A stretch of 64,000 nt of DNA from Ptychomitrium polyphyllum (lineage: Eukaryota): assembly GCA_973851085.1 (NCBI GenBank), contig OZ316776.1, positions 6,510,001 through 6,574,000 on the forward strand, written 5' to 3'. Position 1 is the first letter of the stretch. Each line of letters starts with the position of its first letter. The notes beneath the pieces were generated by a model that ran no database searches, was not told the origin of the DNA, and saw nothing but the letters and a program-made list of their open reading frames with translations. Shown piece by piece: positions 52,031 through 64,000 of the stretch. Both the position numbers and the translations under genes were made by a program.

Positions 52031-54026
52031 CGATCATTTTCAATCACTGTAAGTCTAAGCCAGGCAGTTGGGAAGAATCCGCGGTAGCTACGGTAGCTTC
52101 ATGGTTGCACGTCTGCAAATGAAATTTATGACGAAGTGCCTGCCCGACACAGACCTGTCTCCATTGTGATCAGCATAGCAGAATCCCTCTGAGTCTCTGA
52201 CTGCACCGGTGCAGAGTCGTCCGGACTTATTTCCACGTAGTTTGAATTGATGCGCCATTGGTTCATTGAATGAGAATAACTCTAGATGCATCGTAGAAGC
52301 ATCGCTACTGTAGTACCGGAGCCGCTCCGAAGCGCTCACTGACAAGCAAATTAAACACTTAGTATACTGTACTGTCCTTGATCATCATAGTCTCATAACA
52401 AAGCCAGAAAAAACTTCTCCTGATGAAAATTATACTAGCACTATCTTTTGGTTTGTATAACAGGAATGGATTTTATCACACCGGGTAGACTAAACATTGA
52501 ACAGCAGAGCAGAGCATTTTCAGCAGCTGGTGGCAAGTACAGTGTCAACTAGAGTAAGCACGCCTGTGAACAACAGGATAAGCAATTTCGTATTGTTTCT
52601 CATGGTATACAAAGATTCTAATTTATTTTTTCAGAACTACTGAAGCGAAGTAAAAGAATGGGAAGTTTGAATGAAAAAGAAATCAAGAATGATTTTTCGT
52701 TGCAACATAAGTAAGTAAAATGCTGCCCAGTCGACCCAAATTGTGTTCATTCCTTCATCTAGAAAAGTTAGTCCATACCTCTATATACTCCATTTTCATT
52801 CACCACTGCATTCAACAGTGAGCATCACTTTGGTTAAAGTTGCTGAGTTCTTAATTGCTCTTCGAACAATGTTATGTGATGCTCTTATACTACCCCTATT
52901 ATTTCATTGTTCATCCTCACACAGCCCAATTACGATCAAGTGGAGCTTCCAAAGTTACTAGTGCAATTCAAATCGATTCCATGTTACACTTTTCTTTCTA
53001 CATAGCATGGATTAATGGGAAAGGAAGGGAAAAAAAAAAAAAAAGTGATGTTCTATTCAGAAAGCCCACGTTAAACATACTCAAATCCAAATAAATATGG
53101 GGTTTTTAATTGCATAATTATCTAAAATTCACAAAAGTTATGAGGTCCCTCAAATAATATGCTTTTCCTCGTTATCAGAGGTATTTTTAATTGCATTGCT
53201 CCTAATAACGAGAATGTTGAAAATGTTGAAAATGTTTCAAACACTACTTAATTGACAATCATAATGAACCAAGTATGGAATGTTCAATATTATTTACACC
53301 AAGGTCTTTGAGATTCTAACTCTGAAACTGGTAGTAAGACTGTCAACAGTCACACCAGCTTGTATTTGCCAAAATAGACTGGTTTCTTGATATAATTTAG
53401 TTTTACACCCACCATCGAAAGCAACTAAGTGTACATTGGTTCTTTCCTTATTTTCCTTTCCTTTTCTTTTTCTCATTTCCAAATCTTTCCTCTTATCTTT
53501 TCGTTTTCTTCTTTTCTTTACTCTTTCCTTCTCTTTTAGGTTTTACCTATTTTATTTTATTTTTCTTCGTTGCAGTAAGGAACGCTTTACTTTTAATGCA
53601 AAATAAAGTTCAGCCCTTTCCGTCACCTAGCCAGCCCTTCTCAAATTTGCATGTGTGCATTGCTCGGCTATTTCAAGTGACAGCATCCATTGTCTTGCCA
53701 TCCATGTCTGCTGACACCGGTATCGATGCTCCTTTTATTTTTTAGTTTGAATTTGAATCTAGGTGTTCAATAAAGGTAAGAAATCAATCTGCAAACTCGA
53801 TCTCATTCCCGGCAAAGGGTTCGCAGATCAGGGCAAGTTTCCACCTCATTGTAAACAGGTCACCTGTACACAAAAACTTAATTCTCTCAGTCGGTGTTTA
53901 ATCCCACAGTAATCTCACTTTCCCTCTTATCACCACAATATCCTGCCTAAATGTTTTCATTTCAAGCCAACTGATACTTAGGATGTTAACCCTACATAAC
54001 ACAACTAATTAATAAGATCTTCTTTG

Positions 54027-54042
54027 ACACACACATACACAC

Positions 54043-54073
<31 letters not shown>

Positions 54074-54140
54074 TATATATATATATATATGTATATATGT
54101 GTGTGTGTGTATGTATGTATGTATGTATGTATGTATACAT
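54027..54140. repeat. Compound microsatellite (CA / TACATA / TA / TG / TATG)
   Basis: Read directly. Confidence 0.95.
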
Positions 54141-57100
54141 TCAAAACCCCAACTTTAGTAGTGCAAAAATTTCAGTCTAAAGTGATTGGATGCAATGCAA
54201 CTAAAAATTTATACAAAAAACCCAAAAGATGCTATGTTGTAGACTTTGCTATAAAAAAATCCAAATATTGAATATTATACAGTGACCAGCATCAGATCAC
54301 CTTTTCAGCCTCTTGTTCCAATCTCCCAACCTGTTTACTACTCAATGCCTTAGTTTAAATCTACTGTACAATTTCAGTGGAAGATGTATCAACTTTAAAA
54401 GTATAGTGTCTAGGATGCCAAAGGAAATTTACAGTACATAAGTTGTGTTTCAAAGAGACTCTTAAACACTTCAATATCATCGTTTTGAACAACTTTCTTT
54501 ATGAGCAGCTGCCAACAACTTTAACTACAAACAGCCATATTTGTGCAAAATTTGAACTTAATTCATAAAGCCCATGCATAACTTTCTCAAAAAAAGCCTG
54601 AGTAACAGTCACCTTTCAAGCCAGCTCAAAAAATAAATCCTAAATCATAGATTTCTATTAGATGTTGGATTAGTTGTGTACATTCTTACTCTCAATCTCA
54701 CTGTCCTGCTTGCTGAGAGAAACGTGGACCAAGAATTCACATGTCCTTCTATTGCTTCAAATTCAAATCAAAGAAAACACATAAGTTGGTGCTAATCAGG
54801 TGTGAACACTGAGAACTCACAAAGTATACAATAGCAAGTGCTTTGTAGAATTAAGTGATTCACTTTACATTTTTACATACATCTCAGATTTCCTCAGAAA
54901 GGAATGCCCTCCTTGTAGTGATCACATAGACTCACATACTCTTTTCTTGCACACACAAAATTAATAAAAGCTCAGTTCAGAGTGGTAGAAAGTTCAAGTA
55001 GTGAATGTGTAAACAAAAAGAGCTCACTGCTACTCAGATGAAAGGCTGTAAGTTTGTAACATTATATGTAAACACTTCATTAGTACAATCAGTGTAAAGG
55101 ACACAAACACCAGCTTCATACCATGATCAACGAAAGACTGAGGTATAAGGATACAAAAAGCGCAAAAGAGCACAAAAAGCAGCCCTTAAGCTAAAGGGTT
55201 TTCTCTTTTATTCATAATAAAGCAGATTAACTTACATCTAATTAGGACATCTGTATCCCGTAGTCAAAGCAACACTGAGTATATTCTATTAACACCTCAT
55301 TAATTAGATCGGACGGCCAGTTTAGTGTGGGTAAATAAGCATAGCTTATGTCAAGGAAGACGTGCTCCGCAGTCGAATCCACTGTCTGACGGGGCACGAA
55401 TTTTACGAAAGACGATTAAAATACTCCTAGATTACTCATACAAACTTTAAAATTAAACACACCGATGATGTCACTTGCTATACAAAGCATTTCTGAGAGA
55501 GAACGCAGACGTTTACGATGCCTAGCAATAACTATGATGAGAAAATAGTGATTATCGAAATCAGGCGACGTGGAGGCTGGAGATTCCAAAAATTTCTGCA
55601 TCCTGTTTCTCCACGTCATCGTTCAGCTTCTCTATTTCAGCAATTAATTGAATCAACCTAACAAACTGTTCTCCACGCAAACTGTTCTCCCCGCTACATT
55701 GAAACATTGGCAACGAGCTTGACACTGCCCACTACAGCTCAAATGACCTTGTTTTTCGTTCGCTTTTCAGAAGGAATTTAATGTCCCATTGACTAATTGG
55801 CAACGTATGTCGCATCGGTACATTCGTCATTTTTCTGGCTGTTGAATCAGCTTGTAATCACTTATCTGGACCGTTTTAATATCTAAATACACCATGGTAA
55901 AGGGACACAGATCATGGCAGGCCATACTTGTCAGTTGTGCTTCCTGGATCCTGACCTCATGGTCTACTGTACAGATTGTCAGCAGAAACTCGAGGAGATG
56001 ATTCTCTACGAGGTATTACATTCAGCACGCATTTCAAAGAGATTCATCACGGTTTAGAAGAACTTTTGTTCCCTCGGCTACAACCGTGCATTTAGATGTT
56101 CTTTTTCATTTTCACATTATACCGAATATCCATGTATCACTTCACGGCGTAGCCCTAACTGATTCACCAACAAAAACAAGAACAGCTTAATTCAAGTGGT
56201 TTTACTAAAAACAAAAAGCTACAATAAAAGTACGATGACAGCCCTTAATACTGTAGATTCTTCTAAATACCATGCACACGGCGTACGGTTTGCCTTGAAC
56301 TACTTGCCCAGTATGAGTCCCTTTGAAACGAATCTCTTTTTACTGGAAGGAACTTAATGATCTCTGTCTGTATCTGCAACTTCGAATCTATACTCATACG
56401 CCACGTTGAAGAATCTTTTATCTCCATGCAAAAAAAGTTCAAAACAAACCTGAAAACGTCAGACCCGCCTGCTCGGAGATTTTTCTGTACTGTGTACAAT
56501 ACCACAAATATGGTACGTAGTCGCAAGTAATACGGCAGGCGGTATCGTATTCAAGTTCCAGCTATGATCGAACGTTCATGTCAGTCAGGCTCGGCTCCTG
56601 ATGTTCAAAAAAATTTGCCCCAGAATCAGTTCCAGAGGTCACCGTATCGCAGACAACGTATTGCGAGCGTTGTACGTTCTGCTGCTGGGTTGGCTTCCTC
56701 TGATTGTGTACTGTACAACAGTCAATACGATCCCCCAGTATAGTATTTTGGATGCTTTACAGGATTTAGCCAATTTCTAGCACTAGATCTACTAGTAGTA
56801 CACTAAAATCATGATACTCTTATTTTACACAATCAAAAAAAAGCACCAGAAACGGTTCCTGTGTTGTGAAAAGTGCCATTATACGAGCCTTGAAAACTGA
56901 TTAAAAGCTTTGATTTAGTGAAGAAGAACATTTGTGATAATGTTTATAGCACGTGTAAAGTGCATTATATTAACTCTAAACAATGATTGCGCATGGTAGA
57001 GTTTTTGGATTCTGGGCACCCTGCCACAATGTTCATTTTGAGTGTAATTTTGTGAAACTTCTTTGAAAAGTTGTAAACTTTGTAGCTTTGTGGAATACAA

Positions 57101-58649
57101 TGTTCTTTTTATAGGATATCAAGATAAAACATCTGATATCATAAGTAATTTTTAAGTTGTCAAGCTATATGGACGCATATATTGCAACCACCTTCTACCT
57201 CCAAGATTAGATAATTAACTAAATAGCACGATATTTCTTGTGGTATTTAATAAAAATTTCAATTTAGCATTTTTCAAATGTTTTTGTAAGAACTGTAATG
57301 CAAAAGTTTCATTCTAAACAGACTCAAAGTTTGGTGGCTTAAGTAATGCAAGGTACAAGTACTATGCATCTTTTTTAACCGTTTTAATATATAGAAATTA
57401 AAATTTTATTTTGATTTTCTATTATTGTTTTCCTACTTCAAATGAAGCTAAGATCTTTGTTTTATTCATTAAAAAAAGAGATCTATAGAAAAATCATTTT
57501 GAAGAAGAATTCAAATATCTAATTCAATTTTTTTTTTATCTTTCCATTTTTATCTTTCCATAAGTTTTTGGATTTCTTATATCCCACTCCCTTTCTTATT
57601 TTTTAAGTTTAGTATAGATGTGTCAAATATGATGTACTATTTAATGGTGAAGAACACTTTGATGCACTATTATGCAAAAAAAATTCCAAAAAAAGTCAGT
57701 ATTTGCTCATCTTGTTGAATACATTGTTAAAGAAAAAAACTTTATTTTTCACTTCAAATACTATGATCTTCCAATCTATAAAGCCAATTTTGTAATACAT
57801 ACAAAGATTTAATTTCCCCCTATTTCCTTTTCTTATATTAACAATAGAAAATTTAAAGCGTTTTTGTAAAATTTAGAAGTTATTTGAAAATTGCTTAAAG
57901 AAACGATTTCACACTCTTAGAAAATAGATACTTAATAATAATATTTTAGTGTCATATAAAACACATCAATATTTCTTCTTCTTTATTTTTGAAGAAACAT
58001 ATATACAATTAAGAATATACCAATAAATCCCCCTTGTTTAAGATACAACACTCATTAAGGCAAGCAATATAATTGGTTGGAATAGACTCACCTTTACCAA
58101 ATTAAAGATTATTTAGTGTTTTTGCATTTTCCAATTGTGATTATTTGGCAGCTTGTGTGTAAATCACACATAATCCAATTAATTTTATATGCATGTGTAC
58201 ACTATGATAAATAGTACTAAAACAACACTACCTTTCTTTTTTAATTGCTAAACTTTGTTAAACATTGTATAGAATTGAGTATTTGGCCAAGCGTTCTATT
58301 GTACACCTCATGGAGGATCATCTGGTGGAAGAATGTCATTGTTTCAACAATTACACCTTATATACAATATACAAATAACTCTATTTCCAAAAACAAAGCA
58401 TAGGACAACCACAAAGTACCTTGTGACGCAATCCTTCACATTTCAACCATCAGGGGTTGATCAACCAAGAGGGAGGGCAGCTCTGAAAACCTTCTACAAA
58501 CTACAACAAGATCCATCCTAAGACATGACCCAGCTGCTTTTGTGGTTCAATGATAACCTCGACTTTCTATGCACCAGCCTTTCCTCATCCAGCTGTGGCA
58601 CAGTCCTAGACCTATATTCCATGTGGCACTTGCTGTGAACTCCAAGGTG

Positions 58650-59280
58650 GCCGCCCAAGGTTCCTAACTCCTGTGACCTGCATATCTGACAGGTAGATTC
58701 AAAATCATAAAGTTGGTTTTTGCCCAACACAAGGAGGGCTGCCAAGTCATATGTATATGGTTTTCGTGCCTAGTGATAAAGCAGTGTTGAAAAAACTGTG
58801 TCAGAGAAGGAAAATAAAATCTGGTGTGAACAAAGAGTCCAGTCCCAATTATGAAAAATTTTGCTTCTGAATCAGTCCTGTTACCAATTATGCAGACAAA
58901 CATTCCTTCAGTGTGATTCCCTGTTTGGAGGTGATAATTCACCTTTTGAGAGGAAATTATTGAGTTGCATGAAACTGTGTAGAAGTTTGGGATGATTGTT
59001 TGGAATCAAGTTCGAGCAATCTGTTTAGAACTGGTCAAAGAGATTTGACTCGTGCATCTACACTCTGGTTTATCATTTGGGATCCTGCAGTACGGTCAAC
59101 ATATGTGGTGCTGATCAAGCTGCTGCTGGAAAACAGGCTCTGGGCACAGTTCGGCCAAGAATTCTGCATTCTGATGACATAATACTGTTTGTCAGAGGAG
59201 CAAGTCCGCCCTGCTATCTCATGACTTTGCCCAGCTCCATGTGGAATTGGCTCCTGCCCCCTTACAAAGCCCTTATGAAC
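58650..59280 (+). pseudogene. Possible heavily decayed receptor-like kinase fragment
   Basis: GC-richer island in AT-rich DNA; fragments GGLPSHMYM..KAVLKKL, IVWNQVRAICLELVKEI*LVHLHSG and LIKLLLEN occur in kinase subdomain order, but no intact HRD or DFG. Confidence 0.22.
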
Positions 59281-62200
59281 TAATGGTGCTTTACAAGTAC
59301 TTACTCCTACTCAGACAGACACAAGGACCTGCTCAAACTTCCGGGTCTGTCTGGTTTGTCCCTTAAACCCCTGAGGTGCCGTTAGACAACTGGCATCCAA
59401 CATTGCCATGTTACAAAGCATCCTATTTTTAAACTACATAACCAAGTTTCAAAATTCTCAGAAATTTCAAGTAATGTGCTTTGGTCACAAAAACAATGAC
59501 CAAAAAATTGAGGTAAAAATGAGTTCTTTTACAAGGTGTGTATGTCGATAAAGTATCAATTTCCATCTTGTCAAAATTTGTCCAAATCCCTCGAAAGTTC
59601 CAGTGAGTTGTTCATGAGTGACATATTTGTTTGTTCAAGGGCAGAGAGTATGGAAATTGAAGTCCTTATCACAAATCAAGCACCTTCAAGCAACTCATGA
59701 CACTGATATGTAGGAAATGAAGTCATGACATTTTCCAGAGTATTTCTAATTTTATCATCACAGTGTCAACATTGTGCCAGTAACCAGACTATGCAGATGC
59801 AGTAGTACATGGTATCAGCATTGACAAGAAAGGCAGCATGTCAGAGCTTGAGTCATTATATCAATTGCAAGACTGTATGTATTGAAATCTCTTAAGCAGC
59901 TTTGTTGAAATTAACCCTTATAGGCAAATTGTGCATAAGAAGGTTTGTTAAAAGTTTCAAAATTGCCATTCTAGTACAAAGGATTAAGAACATACCTTTT
60001 TTTTTTAAAAATCATTGTCATTAAAAATCAATCACTTTAGGTACTTCTAAAGTAAACTTTAAAGTATGAAGTAAGAAAAAGTTCACAAAATCCAAAAACT
60101 CCTTAAAAGAACCAAAATCCAAAAACCCTCCAAAACAAATTCCTCTAAGTTCTAAGTTTAAGAAGTGTGCTAAGAAGTGCTTCATTTTTTGCACCTTGCC
60201 TTTATAACATTGACAATTTCTGACTCCTCTTCAAACAAAAATTTTACATTATAGAAAGGTTTCTAGTTTAACAAGTTTGAAGCAAATCATGTTAGTTACT
60301 TATGTATTAAATCTTAAATATATTAAGGGAAGTGAAGCAACATTTTCCAAAATATTAAAAATACAAAAATTGAGGAATTAAACTTTTAACCTACAAATTT
60401 GTTTAATTATTTAGTTGAAGCTCCTAGAATTGAAGGTAAGAAAAAATGACATTTTAAAAATAAAAGAATCTTTATTGCATTAACACTTTGAATTTTGTAG
60501 TAATTTTGTGAAATATAGGTAAGAAACTTTATGCCTTAACATTTAAAATTCATTGATGTGCACCATGACCTAACTTATTCATTTGATAACAATTATTCAA
60601 ACAAACATTAAGTACATTCCAATATTAAATACCATTGTAAAATAAAATGATTATTTCTACTAATTCTGTATGATTTGCTCTAATTGTAACAAATGTGACA
60701 ATGGTCATTTTGGATTAACTAGACATCTATTAGTGTAAAACTAGGCCTTCAATTTTAAAAGCTCTATATACTTTATAATGTTATTGAGATTGAAACATAT
60801 AGGAATTAACATTTTATCAAACTTGTAGGATCTCAAAATAAAAATCAAACAAATTTGGTTGAAGATAAGTTTAGTAATTATTTCTTAATTTAATCTAATA
60901 AGAAAATAATTATTTGTCAATATTTTCTTTTTATGATTTCTCTTTTGTATGAACTTTCAAACAATCAAAATTTGGATTCTCCACCACATATATATACTTT
61001 TTTATAGTTTAATTTATTACATCAATGCAAAAATGTATAATCAATGTAGAAATTCAAAATAATATAAACAATCTATTTTAAAAACTTGAGGTGATTAAAA
61101 ATAAAGAATATTCGTGTATGAAGCAAACAGTTTTGAACATCTAGTGTCAAATACAATTTATTTTTTTGAATTTTATGCACTGTGAGTACCTTGTGAAAAA
61201 AATTATAAATGTTGGAACATTTTGAATATCTTGTTTCAGAAATAGAAAGAAACAATCACATAAATGTTTTTTGAATGATATTTTTTTGAATGGTCTCTGT
61301 AAAGATCATATGTTATCAAGTAGTTTGTGTTTTTTTTAAAGATTTGTTTCTTATCTATGGATATCATTAGGAAGGATTCCATGAATACACTAATTCAAAT
61401 TTTGAAAACACCAAATCTTTGTAAACTCAAACTTCAAAAAAGGCATAACACTCTTAGGGTATGACTTACTAGAACAAATGATTGTTTGTTTACAATATTC
61501 TCTCATAAGATATCATATGTAAAACCTAAATAATCACTATGATACTATAAATTTTCCAAACCAGAATCCTAGTCACAGATAAGGGACTTCTGCAGGCTCT
61601 ATACATTTCAAATGCCATCATGAACCAAACCTTAGAGAGTTTGTAGAGAACTGGAACTGGTCCCAGTCAACTTCTGTGTCCTTGACCATTTGGTTAACAT
61701 GCCTGCTTTTGCTTTTAGGAGTGACAGCCTAGGTCCATAGCCTACAGCCAGCCCTCATGTTCATGGCAGGCTCTCAAAGTCCTGTGCCATGCATGGAGTA
61801 GTTCTTTTCTGGAGTACCAGGCCAGGCATATGTCCTTGTGCTGTACTCTGTTGGGGTCCTGCTAACCAACTTTCTCTCCATCTTATGTGCAGTTTGATCA
61901 AGTTACTGGCTCGAACATTTACCCATTTAGTTCAAACCCAGTCTTTTCATCCTTGCAATATTAAACACACATCTGGGCCTGACACTTGAATAGGACCCAC
62001 CTGATATTGTTATGTTTTAACTTTTTTAAGAATTTTGGGATGGAAATGGGCATTTACTGTTGAATTACAACATTTCTTAAGTCAGCCATCTAAGTCGTAC
62101 TAGAATGGGGATGAGTAGCAATTTGAAATTCAAATTTTGAAACTGCACACAGTGAGACAACATCGCATCGCATATTCTACAAAATAAAACATATATTTAT

Positions 62201-64000
62201 TTGATGTTACTGGCTTCAGGCATTAGCCATGTAATTTTTGTTTATTATGGTACTTGGTGAGGCTCCTTTTATAACATTCTTTAGCAAAGTAAGTGGTTAT
62301 CATGGTTATCAGGAGCTTAAATCCATGGCCATGGTCTTGCTGAAGATGTTATGTATCTTTATGCTAATAATTTTTTTCTTTTAGGAGACTTCAAAAGGTC
62401 TAACTGACATTTGATCCCTTAATCTCCTATAATATTCACTTGAACAAAAAGATTATATATGTTGGTATATATTTGTCTTTGTATGTATATTATCTATGCA
62501 CAATAGCTTGGTTTTATATGAATTGAAACTCTTGATTCTTTTGTTATAGATTTCTACTTGCTTCACTTAAATGTATACATTGTCCCTTAGTCTCGATCTA
62601 AAATACTTCTTATTTCATGTGATACTAGAATTTCCTTTCAATATTACTTGCTCACCTTATGTTTCTAAAGTGTATTTTTATTATAAATGGTAGTTTCCAA
62701 CAACATATGATACAGGCATTTTAAAACTCTTCATTTGAAAGAAACAAGTTGAAGGTACTTTGGCCACTAAGGATGAATAAATGATTTGTTTAGAAGAGCT
62801 TTGCTAGCTTTGAAGGGGTTAAAAGTTTTAAGGCTCTATAACTACACCGGGACATTGTAAAGACTCTTCATTCATTTATTAAAACAAAAGTCTAATATTT
62901 CTCTTTATAGAAGGCTTAGCAAGTAATTCTACTACATGATTTTTTTAAATAACATTAAAAATTTGCACAAAATAATGTAATTTTATGAATTTCAAATGAG
63001 CCAAATTTTGCAACATGTGACTACAATGTAGAACTTCTTTTCCAAAATCCACTTTCAATACTTAGTACGCAAAAAATTATATCAACAAAAAAATATATTT
63101 GCACAATTTGATAGAAAGTAGAGATTGTGATGAAAAACAAGAAGCCATATATTTAATACAAAAGGGATATATATTTATTTGAAGGTAAAAAAATTAAGTT
63201 TAAACTTCAAGTAGAATCAGGTTAAAATACTTGCTTTTTAATCTAAATTCATATGAATGTTGAACTCATTATTTTACTACAATACAACCAAATATAACAT
63301 TAAAATAAATTTATATTATAAGTTTTCATAAAAAATTGATTTTGAATCTAATGCTTCAAATTAATATTGCAGTAAATAAATTTTTTAAAATATATGAAAG
63401 TATAAAATTATATACACCTTTTGGATCTAACTCTATAGATACAACTTCTTGTTACAATTAAAACAAGCAGATTTACATTCAACACACCAAAATGCCCATT
63501 TTATGATTTATTTTGAAATTGTCTTTTAATATTGTTTTGTTGACAATAAATTTTTAAAAAACTGCAAGTTAAACCATAATTATTGATAAAATCAAACACA
63601 TTATGAAAAAATTTAAACATCCTTTTAAAGGTTAAAAAACCACCACTAAATTAATCCATTTAGCACTAATAGCTAGCACCTAATGCATGCACAATCATTT
63701 GAATTTCAATACAAAAACCACCATATATCAAGTTTTTATCCATTAATTGATTGTTTCAAAATCTAATACAACTTTACCTTCTTTTCCATCAACATCATTT
63801 TGAAGACCATTTGAATCCAATTTTGTTTCATGAATACAAGCCTCTCATCCATTTTCCATCTTGGTTATTTAATTCATATCAATATAGTAATCATATCATA
63901 GTTGATGTTATTTTTTTTGGAATCACTCATGACTTTGAAGTACCATAATTTTTTAAGATAAAAAAAAATCTTAACAAAAAATCAAATTGACCTTTCAATT

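Overview
Plant nuclear DNA, most likely moss (Physcomitrium-like; inferred from intron style, long 5' leaders and the retrotransposon types). Four spliced host genes were reconstructed by hand: a 13-exon KDM3/JMJ25-type WRC-RING-JmjC histone demethylase (4350-10034, +), a GC-rich GDP-mannose 4,6-dehydratase (13115-11746, -), a small CYSTM protein (41125-41979, +) and an uncharacterised ~890 aa coiled-coil protein (46982-43504, -). The centre (17130-34880) is a three-level nest of decayed Ty3/gypsy elements (A contains B, B contains C), each with a readable target-site duplication. It has been rearranged into two near-perfect inverted repeats (2730 bp and ~1.68 kb arms) whose right arms abut and include a solo-LTR version of C. 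Family A/B shows an 11-nt Tf1-type self-priming signature instead of a tRNA PBS, heat-shock-element arrays in its LTR, and an extra ORF after the chromodomain. Outside the nest are a 27-bp G-U-containing hairpin (miRNA-precursor-like), a degenerate ~200-250 bp tandem repeat and a possible kinase relic. All alignments were done by eye; no database searches were run.
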